64,000 nt of DNA from Nitrosopumilus sp. (GCA_965205215.1 OZ242041.1:1568001-1632000), one strand, 5' to 3'. Shown: positions 28,593 through 39,258, counted from the first letter of the stretch. Program-made: numbers and translations. Notes: generated by a model not told the origin, from the letters alone.

Positions 28593-28814
28593 GGGGCGCA
28601 GCAGGCAGGGCGCGCGAAGCGTAACGCGGACACAATGGGCGCCATTAGCAGCCAATGCCGCGCATATGCGCATGGGAACGCATCATCCTGATAACGGGGA
28701 GCCCATACAGGACGAAGACGCGCCGAATATGGCATCCGCACGGCATCAGGCGCCGGACTCGAACAGGAGCCCGGCGCCAAATCACATAATTACCGGTACG
28801 TCCCGAGCCAAGTC

Positions 28815-28943
28815 ATGAGCAAGCGATCAATGCCGGTCTGCTTTACAAAGGACCAGTACAGGGCGATCGAGGAATATGCAAGAAGGCACGGAATGCTCAA
28901 TGCAGGCCAAGCCCTCGAAAGGATTCTGGGCGACCGCGCTTAG
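28815..28943 (+). CDS. 42-aa ribbon-helix-helix (CopG-like) microprotein, not in the ORF track
   Basis: Manual translation MSKRSMPVCFTKDQYRAIEEYARRHGMLNAGQALERILGDRA*, with AT-rich cataattta about 25 nt upstream. Confidence 0.65.
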   Translation: MSKRSMPVCFTKDQYRAIEEYARRHGMLNAGQALERILGDRA

Positions 28944-29121
28944 AATACCGCCGCTATTCCTTGGCTGCGTGTACGCGACATGTGGTGATTGCCGCCCCGC
29001 ACGGGCGCGGTGGCGACTCGGGCTGGCCCGCGTTGCATCCGGGCGTACGCAGGAGAGAGGCCGGAGCATATAGTCAGAACAATCCGCATTGAAATTTATA
29101 GAATCCGGCGCGTGACACGGC

Positions 29122-29544
29122 ATGGGAATCCTGTTTGATAGAAAGCCCACGTACTGCGCCGTGTGCAAGACGCAGCTCAAGCACAAGCACAAGCCGAAAC
29201 GCGAGTGGGGCATCAAGGGGCGCCTGTGCGGCAACTGCCACTATGAAAAGTCAGTAGAGTACTACGAGGGCAAGGTGCGCCAGCCGTGCACCGTGTGCGG
29301 CACCACCAGGCAGATCAACGACCTCTGGGAGCCCAGATGGCAGTGGGACATGGACGGGCTTCTGTGCAAAAAGTGCTTTGATAAAAAGGAGGAAGACCAC
29401 AAGAGAAAGAAGGGCCACTGCGCCATCTGCAACGCGGAACTGGGCTTCATAAGGCACAACCCAAAGAGCGGCTGGAAGATAGACGGCCAGCTGTGCCGCG
29501 ACTGCTGGGACGAAAAGGCAGGATATGGAAAGCGGCGGCAGTGA
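29122..29544 (+). CDS. Triple zinc-ribbon protein
   Basis: Three CxxC...W...GxLCxxC units. Confidence 0.8.
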   Translation: MGILFDRKPTYCAVCKTQLKHKHKPKREWGIKGRLCGNCHYEKSVEYYEGKVRQPCTVCGTTRQINDLWEPRWQWDMDGLLCKKCFDKKEEDHKRKKGHCAICNAELGFIRHNPKSGWKIDGQLCRDCWDEKAGYGKRRQ

Positions 29545-29582
29545 CGTCACGCGCGGTGTTCAGACAGGAGGCAGACGGCAGA

Positions 29583-29807
29583 ATGATCGGCGACGTTTTC
29601 AAGATAAAGAAAGGAGGGAGGAAAAAGAAGAGGTGCGACGTATGTAACAGAACGTTTGCGACAGACGCGGACCTCATGAACCACAAACAGGTATTCCACG
29701 GCAAGGACCTAAAGTACGACTGCCGCAAGTGCGGCAAATACTTTGCAAGCATGGAGGAAATGAGAACCCACCTGCAGCGCGAGCACAAATACGAGGGTGG
29801 CAGATAG
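29583..29807 (+). CDS. C2H2 zinc-finger protein (two fingers)
   Basis: CDVCNRTF...LMNHKQVFH and CRKCGKYF...MRTHLQREH. Confidence 0.85.
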   Translation: MIGDVFKIKKGGRKKKRCDVCNRTFATDADLMNHKQVFHGKDLKYDCRKCGKYFASMEEMRTHLQREHKYEGGR

Positions 29808-29912
29808 CAGCATGTCTTGCACGGACGGCGTGCACCGCGTTCAGTCCGGGCGCAGCAACGTGCAGAGAGAGAGCAGAGGAGCGAAGAGAACAACGCAGGA
29901 CGCGCCGGCCGA

Positions 29913-30176
29913 TCAGATGGCTCGAATCGACTTTACTACCGGGGGGCGCACCTTTGTAAACACCTTGAACCCGCAGATGCACTTTATCTCGGGAAGCCGG
30001 GATATCTCGGTGCCGGACGTGACGGTCCCGCACCTCAGGCACGAGTAGTGTACGTCAAAGCGCTCCACGGCAGGATCGTCCGCGGCAGCCAGTACGTCGT
30101 CGCTGTCACTGTCGTCATCCGGCGCCTTTCTGGCAAACACTGCAGACTCTCCGGCGTTAAGGGTCATAATCAACAC
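29913..30176 (-). CDS. rpoP: RNA polymerase subunit P (Rpo12) with acidic N-terminal extension
   Basis: YSCLRCG...IKCICGFKVFTKVRPPVVKSIRAI. Confidence 0.85.
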   Translation of the reverse strand: MLIMTLNAGESAVFARKAPDDDSDSDDVLAAADDPAVERFDVHYSCLRCGTVTSGTEISRLPEIKCICGFKVFTKVRPPVVKSIRAI

Positions 30177-30209
30177 ACCTTGTTTCAGTCATAATTTAAG
30201 AATTCCCAG

Positions 30210-30518
30210 TCATCCCGTAAGCGAGAGCTCTATGTACACGTCGTCGGGTATCTTGAGCCTCATAAGCTGGCGGATGGCCTTGTCGTCTGCGTTGATGTTG
30301 ATGATTCGCCGGTGCATCTTCATCTCCCACTTCTCATAGGTCTCGGTGCCGTTGCCGCACGGCGACTTGCGGGTCGCGACGTGGAGCCGCTTTACAGGAA
30401 GCGGGGTGGGCCCCTTTACCTTTATGCCGGTCTTTTTTATGCTCATTATCTCGTTGCAGACCCCGTCCAGTTTCGGGAGGCTAGTGGAGGTAAGCTTTAC
30501 ACGGGCAGTCTGCGTCAT
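30210..30518 (-). CDS. rpsJ: 30S ribosomal protein uS10
   Basis: GPTPLP...RKSPCGNGTETYEKWEMKMHRRII; lies downstream of tuf. Confidence 0.97.
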   Translation of the reverse strand: MTQTARVKLTSTSLPKLDGVCNEIMSIKKTGIKVKGPTPLPVKRLHVATRKSPCGNGTETYEKWEMKMHRRIININADDKAIRQLMRLKIPDDVYIELSLTG

Positions 30519-30540
30519 AGCAACCAACAGCCACGCAAGT

Positions 30541-31839
30541 CTAGGGCTTGTATTCCTCTGTAATCTCTTTTACAATCCCCGCCGCAATGGTGGCGCCCAT
30601 GTCCCTGAGCGCGAACCTTCCCATCTCTGGAAATTCCTGGAACGTCTCAATGCACGTGGGCCTGACGGGTCTGATCTTTACGATTGCAGAGTCGCCGACC
30701 TTGAGGAACTTTGGGTTCTCCTCCTCTACGGCGCCCGTTGCGGGGTTTATCTTCTGAAGGAACTCCGTCACGGTTGCGGCGACCTGCGATGTGTGCGCGT
30801 GCATGACCGGGGTATACCCGGGCGCAATCGCAGTCGGGTGGTGTATGACGATAATCTGCGCCTTGAACTCCTTGGCGACCATCGGGGGCGCGTCGGGTGT
30901 GCCAAGGACGTCGCCCCGCTTGATGTCCTTCTTCTCTATGCCCCTGAGGTTGAATCCGATGTTGTCGCCGGCCTCGGCAGACGGCATCTCGGTGTGGTGC
31001 GTCTCGATGGACTTTATCTCGCCCGTGGCGCCCGCAGGCATTACTATGATCTTGTCGTTGGTCTTCATGGTACCGGTCTCAACCCTTCCGACTGGAACCG
31101 TGCCGACCCCGGTGATGGTGTAAACGTCCTGGATGGGCACGCGCAGGGGCTTTCCAACCGGCTTTTCTGGCACGGCAAAGTCGTCAAATGCCTCCAGCAG
31201 GGTCTTGCCCGCATACCACGACATGTTCTCGGACTTTTTCACCAGGTTGTCGCCCTTCCATCCCGACACTGGTATGAATGGGACTGAGTCTAGCTTGTAG
31301 CCTACCGAGCGGACGAGCTTTTCGCCCTTTTCCTTGGCCGCCTTGTATGCGTCCTCCGAATAGTTACTGTCGTCCATCTTGTTGATCGCAACAATGAGCT
31401 GGTTCACGCCGAGCGTCTTTAGCAGGAACGCGTGCTCCCTAGCCTGTCCGCCGGCTGCGACCGCAGTGTCAGTCTCGCCTTCCTTGGCGGAGAGCACCAG
31501 GATGGCGGCATCCGCCTCCGACGCGCCCGTGATCATGTTCTTGATAAAGTCCCGGTGTCCCGGGGCGTCAATCAGGGTAAAGAAGTACTTTGGTGACTCG
31601 AATTTTTGAAATGCAAGATCAATCGTAATGCCGCGCTCCCTCTCGTCCTTTATGTTGTCCATGACCCAGGCGTACTTGAAGGTGTCACCCTTGCCGGTCT
31701 TTTCAGACTCAGTCGCGTGGGCTGCGATGGTCCTCTCGTCGACCACCCCTAGGTCCATCAGAAAGTGTCCCATTGTGGTGGACTTGCCGTTGTCGATGTG
31801 CCCTGTCACTATCAGGTTCAGGTGGGGCTTGTCTGCCAT
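30541..31839 (-). CDS. tuf: Translation elongation factor EF-1 alpha
   Basis: GHIDNGKST, ERERGITID, DAPGHRDF, NKMD and GRFALRDMG motifs. Confidence 0.99.
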   Translation of the reverse strand: MADKPHLNLIVTGHIDNGKSTTMGHFLMDLGVVDERTIAAHATESEKTGKGDTFKYAWVMDNIKDERERGITIDLAFQKFESPKYFFTLIDAPGHRDFIKNMITGASEADAAILVLSAKEGETDTAVAAGGQAREHAFLLKTLGVNQLIVAINKMDDSNYSEDAYKAAKEKGEKLVRSVGYKLDSVPFIPVSGWKGDNLVKKSENMSWYAGKTLLEAFDDFAVPEKPVGKPLRVPIQDVYTITGVGTVPVGRVETGTMKTNDKIIVMPAGATGEIKSIETHHTEMPSAEAGDNIGFNLRGIEKKDIKRGDVLGTPDAPPMVAKEFKAQIIVIHHPTAIAPGYTPVMHAHTSQVAATVTEFLQKINPATGAVEEENPKFLKVGDSAIVKIRPVRPTCIETFQEFPEMGRFALRDMGATIAAGIVKEITEEYKP

Positions 31840-32214
31840 ATTGGGAGTCCTCTTGGGGGGTATTTATTACTGTTATGAAAAAAACCGCGATTTCCAGGGC
31901 GGATTTTAGAAGATGCGGCATCGTAAAAAATTTCATTTCGTGCGGAATGCGGTTACATGTTATGGCGGCACATACCAAATATGCCAAAGAATCACACCAT
32001 AACGCCGCATATCTTGGAGATCGTCAAAGATGATCACGGCGTTGGGCGGTGGCATCGGCGGCGGACGGGCTTCGCGCACCGCGATCGCATGAGGGAGGGC
32101 GAGGGCGAACAGCATTAAGGTGCAGCCGGCGGCGGTGGCGGCGCCCGCGTACAGGGTGGCGCGCGGCAGAAGAGAGCCGGCAAGGACCTGCCCGGCGGTA
32201 CGGGCCGCCTCCAC

Positions 32215-33480
32215 GGCGCTGTCCAGTTTGGATTTTTTTGCCCCAGATCTGTGCTCGTTTTGATGCGTTCGTGCGCGTGGATGTGTCGAAATTTTCGCAG
32301 ATCCGAGGGGCCGGCGGGGGGAAGACCCGGATTTTACGCGGCGGCCGTCGGTTTGTGCGCAGCATACGCTGGGCGTGGCCCGTCTGCGGGCCGAATGGAC
32401 TATGCGACGAGGTTGTAGCAGATGCACCTGAGCACGAGCTGCAGCTCGCGCATGGCAAACGTCTTTGCGCGCGCGACCGCGCCGAACCTCTCCTTGATGA
32501 CTGAGAACGCCGTCTCGACCAGGCTGCGCCGGTGGTATGCCTTGCCAAACCCCTCCGGGTCGTCGCGGCGCCACTTGAGCATCATACCCATGGCATGGAA
32601 GCCGTTGGTCTTGGAGTTCTTTCTGGGGCATATCACCGGTGTGCGTCCGCTGCGCGCAATCATGTCGCAGTTTGCCCTGGCAAGGTATGCCGCGTCCAGT
32701 ATGACGTGGCCATCACCCCGCGGCACCCGCCCGTACATCTCCCTGAATATTGGCGAGTCGTGCGTGCGGCCTGCAGTCACCATGCACGTGACTATCGCCC
32801 CGTGCGGCGCCATCAGCACGTGCAGCTTGTCAAACTCGCGCCGGGATATGATGCCGCGCTTGGCGTCCTCCCAGTCCGCGTACTTTATGATGGAGAACCC
32901 CGACGAGTCTCCCAGCAGCGTCCCGTGCGCGTCGTCCCCGGACTGGGCGCCCAGCAGCGCGATCACCGCGTCGATCCTGCCTGCAAGGTCCCTTGCCCAG
33001 CCGTGAAGCCCGGACTTTGATGGAACTTTTTTTAAGCCGTACATGTTTACAGAACCTGAGTGTTCGTTCATGTACGCAACGTGAACTCTGTACGAGTGGC
33101 TGTGGGATGTCATGTCCACGAGGCATGCGATCCTTGCAACCCCGTGCTCGTTGGCATCGTGGAAAGTATCGCGGATCAGATTGCGTAATCTCTTGATCCT
33201 GATCCTTTTCACCTTGCCTTCTTCTTTCCGCTTCCTCTCGTACATCTTGTAGTCCCGGCATCCCCTGATCTTCAGTCTGCGCTGCTCTGCCCTGCATGTC
33301 CGCACGTGTGCGTCCTGTCCCTTTCCATCGCTCGTTCTGCGTCTCTTGCCGCTCTTCTTCCTGCTCCTTTTGGAAGTCATTGGCGTAGCGGCTACAATAT
33401 GATCAATAAGCTTTGCCACACGGGCGCGCCGTGATCTTTAAGCTTTTCGTGACTTTGTCAGTAAAAAGTTGGACAGCGCC
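32215..33480 (-). mobile_element. IS5/IS4-superfamily insertion sequence
   Basis: TIR GGCGCTGTCCA (32215-32225 / 33470-33480). 9-bp TSD CGCCTCCAC (32206-32214 / 33481-33489). Confidence 0.92.
32400..33419 (-). CDS. DDE transposase (DDE_Tnp_1-like)
   Basis: GDSSGF, KLHVL, HDSP, ILDAAY and YHRRSLVETAFSVIK (YREK signature). Confidence 0.88.
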   Translation of the reverse strand: MAKLIDHIVAATPMTSKRSRKKSGKRRRTSDGKGQDAHVRTCRAEQRRLKIRGCRDYKMYERKRKEEGKVKRIRIKRLRNLIRDTFHDANEHGVARIACLVDMTSHSHSYRVHVAYMNEHSGSVNMYGLKKVPSKSGLHGWARDLAGRIDAVIALLGAQSGDDAHGTLLGDSSGFSIIKYADWEDAKRGIISRREFDKLHVLMAPHGAIVTCMVTAGRTHDSPIFREMYGRVPRGDGHVILDAAYLARANCDMIARSGRTPVICPRKNSKTNGFHAMGMMLKWRRDDPEGFGKAYHRRSLVETAFSVIKERFGAVARAKTFAMRELQLVLRCICYNLVA

Positions 33481-33526
33481 CGCCTCCACTAAAAGCACAT
33501 AAATCAAAGGCACGTACAGCAGCCTC

Positions 33527-34681
33527 GTGAAGGTTACGGTATCGGCCATAAAGGCCGACGTGGGCGGAGTCGGCGGGCACACGAGGCCCAGCGACGGGCT
33601 GATTGCGGCAGTAAGGGGCGTGGTGCAGTCCTCAAGTGACATGCTCCTTGACCACTACATCGGATACTGCGGCGACGACGTCCACATTGTAATGTCCCAC
33701 ACGCACGGGACCGACAGCGAGGGGATACACAAGCTTGCATGGGACGCGTTCATGGCTGGCACGGAGGTCGCAAGGGCCGAGGGACTCTACGGCGCGGGCC
33801 AGGACCTGCTGAAGGACTCGTTTTCCGGGAACGTAAAAGGCATGGGCCCAGGCGTGGCCGAGATGGAGTTTGAGGAGAGGCCCAACGAGGCGTTTACCAT
33901 ATTTGCGGCGGACAAGACCGAGCCAGGGGCGTTCAACTACCCCATATACAGGATGTTCGTGGACGCGCTCAGCAACACCGGACTCATAGTCAACAAGAGC
34001 CTGGCAAGGGGCGTCGTGATAAACGTGATGGACGTGGAGGGTGGCAGGATTGCCGAGCTTGAGATGTGGCAGGACAAGCCGCTTTTGGAGGCGGCCCTGA
34101 TGTACCCCGGCAGGTACGTGGTGGACTCCGTGTACACAAAGGACGGCGAGCCGATACTATCGGCGTCCACCGACCGGTTGCACAACATAGCCGGCACGTA
34201 TGTCGGCAAGGACGATCCCATCTGCATGGTGAGGACGCAGAAGATGTTCCCCGCCACAGAAGAGGTCGGCAGCGTATTCAACAACCCGCACTACGTGGCC
34301 GGGAACACGCGCGGCAGCCACAACATGCCGCTGATGCCGGTAAGGCTCAACTCGGCGGCCACGATCAACTTTTGCATTCCAATTGTAGAGGCCCTGGTGT
34401 TCAGCATGCACGAAGGGAGGCTGACGGGGCCGTTTGACGGATTCTCCACGCCGGACTGGGATCTTGTCAGGGAGCGCGCCACGGCAAAGGCGCTCGAGAT
34501 GAGGAGCCAGGGCTTTATACACCCGGCCACACTGGTCCCCTCCGAGCTTGAATACGCCGAGGGCTACAAGGCTGTCATCAGCTCGCTGGACGAGAAGATG
34601 GTTCCAATGGACAACGCGTCAACCGGCGCAGCCAAGGCCGACGATGACGGCAGTGGAACCAAGTACGAGGATCCCGACTAG
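33527..34681 (+). CDS. fbp: Fructose-1,6-bisphosphate aldolase/phosphatase (class V)
   Basis: IKADVGGVGGH, GLYGAGQDLL, GNVKGMGPG and YVGKDDP motifs. Confidence 0.97.
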   Translation: MKVTVSAIKADVGGVGGHTRPSDGLIAAVRGVVQSSSDMLLDHYIGYCGDDVHIVMSHTHGTDSEGIHKLAWDAFMAGTEVARAEGLYGAGQDLLKDSFSGNVKGMGPGVAEMEFEERPNEAFTIFAADKTEPGAFNYPIYRMFVDALSNTGLIVNKSLARGVVINVMDVEGGRIAELEMWQDKPLLEAALMYPGRYVVDSVYTKDGEPILSASTDRLHNIAGTYVGKDDPICMVRTQKMFPATEEVGSVFNNPHYVAGNTRGSHNMPLMPVRLNSAATINFCIPIVEALVFSMHEGRLTGPFDGFSTPDWDLVRERATAKALEMRSQGFIHPATLVPSELEYAEGYKAVISSLDEKMVPMDNASTGAAKADDDGSGTKYEDPD

Positions 34682-34795
34682 AGGCAGCAGGACAGGCGCG
34701 CGCCACCCGCTTTCGAGCCAAATGCCAGGATTCGGCGGGCAGATCGGCAGAAAATGCGGGAAATAGTTAAATCAAAAAGGCACAAAGGCCATTTG

Positions 34796-35209
34796 ATGAG
34801 CAAGGTCGGCTGGATCTTTGAGTGGAGGACGTACCTTGCTACCGCACTGGCCGTGATCTCATTCTCGAACTTTATGGCGGTGCTGTTCGGACAGACCATA
34901 CCCGGCGTGGTCGTCGACTTTTTCAGGGTGGCAGGCGAGTACGTGGTGCTCGGCGCCGTCTTCGTGTTCGCCATGGCCTGGCTCCTAAAGGCAAAGCCCC
35001 ACAACCGCCCAAAGGCGTACCGCATAGTGGTCTTTGACGTGTACGGCAAGCAGGTGGTCGTCGACGGGATACGCACCGAGTTCAAGACGCACGACGTGGC
35101 ATGGAGCTACATGAAGCAGTACAAGGCGGCGTACCCGCTGCACAACTTTGCGCTCATCTCCGACATGACGCCGGGGCCTAACAAACCCACCATACTCAGG
35201 TACATCTGA
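34796..35209 (+). CDS. Conserved thaumarchaeal membrane protein
   Basis: Two TM helices and a small soluble C-domain. Confidence 0.75.
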   Translation: MSKVGWIFEWRTYLATALAVISFSNFMAVLFGQTIPGVVVDFFRVAGEYVVLGAVFVFAMAWLLKAKPHNRPKAYRIVVFDVYGKQVVVDGIRTEFKTHDVAWSYMKQYKAAYPLHNFALISDMTPGPNKPTILRYI

Positions 35210-35242
35210 ACTGTTTTTATTCGGCCCCGCCGCAAAAAGGCA

Positions 35243-37000
35243 GTGGAGTTTTCCGTTCTTGCAGACGCGTTTGAGAAGATGGAATCCACCACAAAGCGTA
35301 ACGAGCTCACCCAGATACTGATAGCGCTGTTCGAGCAGACGCCGCATGACGTGGTGGCAAGGGCCGTGTACCTCCTGCAGGGAAAGATCAGGCCGGACTT
35401 TGAGGGCGTCGAACTCGGGGTGGCAGAGAAGCTTGCCATAAAGGCCCTCTCAAAGTCCTCCGGCGTCCCCACGAAAAGGATAGAGGAACAGTACCGCAAG
35501 GACGGCGACCTGGGCCGCGCGTCAATCGATATAATGGGGCAGAAGACGCAGACCACGTTCTTTGTGCAGGACATTACGGTAGAGAGGGTGTACGATACCC
35601 TCTTCAGGATTGCGAGGCTCGAGGGGGCGCGTTCGCAGGGCATGAAGTCGAGGTACATATCAAGCCTGCTGAACGACGCGCGTCCGGCAGAGGCCGGATA
35701 CATACTGAAGATACTGCTCGGGACGCTGCGGTTTGGCATAGCCGAGAACACGATAATGGACGCGCTGGCCGCCGCGTTCACGGGGGACAAGGCAAACCGC
35801 GGCGCGGTCGAGCGCGCATACAACGTGTCAAGCGACCTCGGGGCCGTCGCCGAAGCCATCGCCGCGGACGGGCTGGAGGGGGCAGGCAGGTTCAAGGCCG
35901 AGCCGTTCCGCCCCATACGGCCCATGCTCGCCGAGCGCGTCAAGAGCGAGGAGGACGCCATATCGAAGATGGGAGCCGGACTCGCCGCAGAATACAAGCT
36001 TGACGGCGAGCGGGTGCAGGTGCACATGTCAGGCAAGAGGGTCGAGATGTTCTCGCGAAGGCTCGAGAACATCACCGCCCACTATCCGGACATCGCAGAG
36101 AGGCTGCCTCAGGACGTGTCCGCGGGAGAAGCCATACTGGAGGCCGAGGCGGTTGCAGTAAACGAGAAGACCGGCGAGTTCCTGCCGTTCCAGGAGCTCA
36201 TGCACCGCAGAAGAAAGCACAAGATCGAAAAGGCCGTGTCCGAATACCCGGTTACGGTCAACTTTTTCGACATACTGTATCTGGACGGCAAGAGCTGCCT
36301 GGAGGTTCCGTATGCAAAGAGGCGCGCCATACTGGAGGACACCATAGCGGAGGGGGAGCGCGTGAGGTGCGTCGCGATGGCCACGATAACCAGCGCGCAG
36401 GAGATGTCGGAGTTTATGGAGAGCGCAATAAACGCAGGGAGCGAAGGCCTGATGCTAAAGATGCCGGACGCCACATACCAGGCGGGGGCGCGCGGAAGCA
36501 ACTGGCTAAAGCTCAAAAAAGAGTACAGGAGCGAGCTCGGCGACAGCCTCGACCTAGTGGTGGTCGGGGGATTTTTTGGCAAGGGCCGGAGGACGGGCAT
36601 ATACGGCACGCTCCTGCTTGCGGCGTACGACGACCAGCTCGACACGTTCCCCAGCGTATGCAAGGTGGGCACCGGATTCACCGACGAGGAGCTTGACAGG
36701 CTCTACCAGATACTGCATCCCAAGGTTACGATAAGGAGAAACCCGCGCATAGACAGCGCGATGGAGGCCGAGGTGTGGTTTGAGCCCGAGCTTGTTATAG
36801 AGACGGTGGCATCGGAGATAACGCTCAGCCCCGTCCACAGGGCCGCGTGGGACGCGGTAAGGAAGGATGCTGGACTCGCGCTCAGGTTTCCAAAGTATAC
36901 GGGCCGCACAAGGGACGAAAAGCACCCGGAGAGCGCGACTACGACGCGCGAGATAGTCTCAATGTACAGGAGCCAGAAAAAGACCCTGCACGTAGAGTGA
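35243..37000 (+). CDS. lig: ATP-dependent DNA ligase
   Basis: EYKLDGERVQVH, EGLMLK, WLKLK and ALRFPK motifs. Confidence 0.98.
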   Translation: MEFSVLADAFEKMESTTKRNELTQILIALFEQTPHDVVARAVYLLQGKIRPDFEGVELGVAEKLAIKALSKSSGVPTKRIEEQYRKDGDLGRASIDIMGQKTQTTFFVQDITVERVYDTLFRIARLEGARSQGMKSRYISSLLNDARPAEAGYILKILLGTLRFGIAENTIMDALAAAFTGDKANRGAVERAYNVSSDLGAVAEAIAADGLEGAGRFKAEPFRPIRPMLAERVKSEEDAISKMGAGLAAEYKLDGERVQVHMSGKRVEMFSRRLENITAHYPDIAERLPQDVSAGEAILEAEAVAVNEKTGEFLPFQELMHRRRKHKIEKAVSEYPVTVNFFDILYLDGKSCLEVPYAKRRAILEDTIAEGERVRCVAMATITSAQEMSEFMESAINAGSEGLMLKMPDATYQAGARGSNWLKLKKEYRSELGDSLDLVVVGGFFGKGRRTGIYGTLLLAAYDDQLDTFPSVCKVGTGFTDEELDRLYQILHPKVTIRRNPRIDSAMEAEVWFEPELVIETVASEITLSPVHRAAWDAVRKDAGLALRFPKYTGRTRDEKHPESATTTREIVSMYRSQKKTLHVE

Positions 37001-37215
37001 CGGGACGGGCGCGCCCCACGACGATTCTCAACAGCCGGGGCGAAGGATCATGCGGGCCGAATGATCCGCGCCGTCGCGCGGCGCACGTGCAAGCAGCTAC
37101 GCCGTCGCCGCCACCCCGACGACGACGGCGGCGCCGCAAACGAGGCTGCCCAGGAAGAGGCTGCGGCCGCAACCATACACAACTTAAATTACAGAATCGC
37201 CTTTTACTCTCTGTT

Positions 37216-37869
37216 ATGTATAGTGGCGAGTTGGAGGTACAGGCAAAGCGCAAGGCGATTGCCGTGCTCCAAGACGAGATTAACCGCATACTCAACGCGT
37301 CAAGAGAACTCGCCACCCTGCCGGACCTGATGATGAAGAGGGACAAGCAGGGAATCAAGTCCGCGCTAGAGCAGATATCGTCCATAGAAGAGGACGTGGA
37401 GAACCTGCGCCGGAAGATAACAAGGGAGGTCGCCGACGTAGGAGGCCTGATAATGAACAGGGAAAACCTGCTCAACACCGCGTACACCATGGACGAGATT
37501 GCAGGATACATCACCGGCATATCGTTCAAGCTCTCAAACGTAAAGCCGACCACCCTGCGAAACGCGAAGATCGACAAGGATATCACGGATCTAATCGACC
37601 TGGTAGTCGACGAGGTGTACAAGCTCAACGAGATAATACGGAGCCTGACCACAAACACGGCAAACGCGATAGAGCTTGCACAGGAGACCCAGACCATAGA
37701 GAGGGAGATCGACATAAAGTACAGACAGGCCACGATGAAGCTGCTAACGGAGATAACCAACACGAAGGAGATGATGCTGATGAAGGACGTGATAGAGGGA
37801 ATAGAGGAGATGGCCGACAAGTGCCAGAGGGTCTCAGACTCGTTCATACTGCTTGCCCTCAGCCTCTGA
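37216..37869 (+). CDS. DUF47/PhoU-like phosphate transport regulator
   Basis: Two helical repeats, ERExDIKY...IEEMADKCQRVSD. Confidence 0.85.
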   Translation: MYSGELEVQAKRKAIAVLQDEINRILNASRELATLPDLMMKRDKQGIKSALEQISSIEEDVENLRRKITREVADVGGLIMNRENLLNTAYTMDEIAGYITGISFKLSNVKPTTLRNAKIDKDITDLIDLVVDEVYKLNEIIRSLTTNTANAIELAQETQTIEREIDIKYRQATMKLLTEITNTKEMMLMKDVIEGIEEMADKCQRVSDSFILLALSL

Positions 37870-37975
37870 GTCCGCGCACGTGTTTTGGGACAGGGCGTGG
37901 CGGCGGGACGGATCATACCGCGTCGGGAAACAGGGAGAGTGCAACCCATATACGCAGGCAGTGCGCACGCCACGC

Positions 37976-38530
37976 ATGGCAAAGAGAAGGGCCATACCCT
38001 GCGAGCTTGTCGAGAACCGCGTGATGGTGTGGGACAGGGACGACGCCAAGACGGTGTTCTCCATGGGATATTATGGCAAGCCCGTAGGCATGCCAAAGCC
38101 GAGGATAGAGGAGATAGACGTGCCGCTCGTGCTGGACCTCATCGAGAGCCTCTACCTGCTTGAAAGCAACGTAATCAAGGTAACGATGTCGCGGCGCCGC
38201 GTGTCGGCGCAGCAGATGGCGCAGATGTGCCGCGGCCAGTACCACGAGTTTGACAAAAAGTACATCGTATACAAAAAGTTCAGGGATCTTGGATATGTCG
38301 TCAGCTCCGGCATAAAGTTCGGGTGCGACTTTGCAGTGTACGAGAACGGGCCCGGGATCGACCACGCGCCATACATGGTGCACGTATACAGCAGGGCGGA
38401 TCCAGTGACGTCCACGGGGGTGGTGCTGGCGGGCCGGCTCGCATCTACCGTCAGAAAGCAGTTCATACTGGCAATACCGAGGAGCAGCAAGAACGTGGAC
38501 TTTGTGTCACTGGACTGGTGGAAGGCATGA
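37976..38530 (+). CDS. endA: tRNA-intron endonuclease, catalytic subunit
   Basis: GIKFGCDFAVY...GPGIDHAPY...GRLASTVRK. Confidence 0.95.
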   Translation: MAKRRAIPCELVENRVMVWDRDDAKTVFSMGYYGKPVGMPKPRIEEIDVPLVLDLIESLYLLESNVIKVTMSRRRVSAQQMAQMCRGQYHEFDKKYIVYKKFRDLGYVVSSGIKFGCDFAVYENGPGIDHAPYMVHVYSRADPVTSTGVVLAGRLASTVRKQFILAIPRSSKNVDFVSLDWWKA

Positions 38531-38917
38531 CTCCCTGACGTGCCCGGCTATGCGGTCGTAGATCTCAAACATGTCACGGCCAATGCCAAACGAAGCCTCG
38601 TCTCTCCACCTCCCGTGTATGCGTATGTTCTCGCCGGTCTGTTCGACGAATATGGCCGCGTCCCATACGGACTGCCCCGCGATCATCTCGTTGAGTTCAG
38701 CATCCTGGTTGAGGCGCGCCAGCAGAGGATGGCTTGGCCCCTCCCAGCTGACCGACTCGACCCTTTTTGCGGCAAAATGCCCGCGGGTCTCAAGCCTTGT
38801 CCTTGCAAAGACGTCGGCACCCTTGTGCGCCCTCTCGTTATAATCCGGTATGCTCACCAGAAAGTGGGCCTGGTACCTGTCGAGCGCCCCCCACGGCGCG
38901 ACGTTTGGATCCTGCAT
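38507..38917 (-). CDS. Conserved hypothetical protein
   Basis: 136-aa ORF (FEIYDRIAGHV). Confidence 0.7.
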   Translation of the reverse strand: MQDPNVAPWGALDRYQAHFLVSIPDYNERAHKGADVFARTRLETRGHFAAKRVESVSWEGPSHPLLARLNQDAELNEMIAGQSVWDAAIFVEQTGENIRIHGRWRDEASFGIGRDMFEIYDRIAGHVRESCLPPVQ

Positions 38918-38971
38918 CCCCGCTCATCGCCTACCCTTCGATATTGCCATCACTCGATAATCACCACAGCC

Positions 38972-38997
38972 GTCATCATCATCATCATCATCATCAT
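38972..38997. repeat. (CAT)n microsatellite
   Basis: gtcatcatcatcatcatcatcatcat, intergenic. Confidence 0.8.
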
Positions 38998-39021
38998 TTG
39001 TCACTGCCATTAACTGTCAAG

Positions 39022-39258
39022 TCATCCCTTTTGTACGAGGTGCACCGCGTCTATATTGCACCCCTTCAGCACGGCGCACCCGCGATTCGTCACCATACGC
39101 GGCGTGCTTGCCGCATACCTAGAGTAGTAGTCACCTGACTCCGCAGGTGTGGTGCCCACACCGCAGGCCTCCGCCTCGACGCCGATTCCGGCAAGCATGC
39201 CGGCAAACCTTTCGGGCCAAGTCATCGCCTCAAACGTGTCAGGCTCGTCGTCGTGCAT
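39022..39258 (-). CDS. Conserved hypothetical protein
   Basis: Likely start MHDDEPDTFEAMTW. Confidence 0.65.
   Translation of the reverse strand: MHDDEPDTFEAMTWPERFAGMLAGIGVEAEACGVGTTPAESGDYYSRYAASTPRMVTNRGCAVLKGCNIDAVHLVQKG

Noticed and set aside
31960-32631. ORFs spanning the left end of the second IS
   Set aside because: They cross the TIR/TSD junction, have GC-shadow composition and show no recognisable motif.
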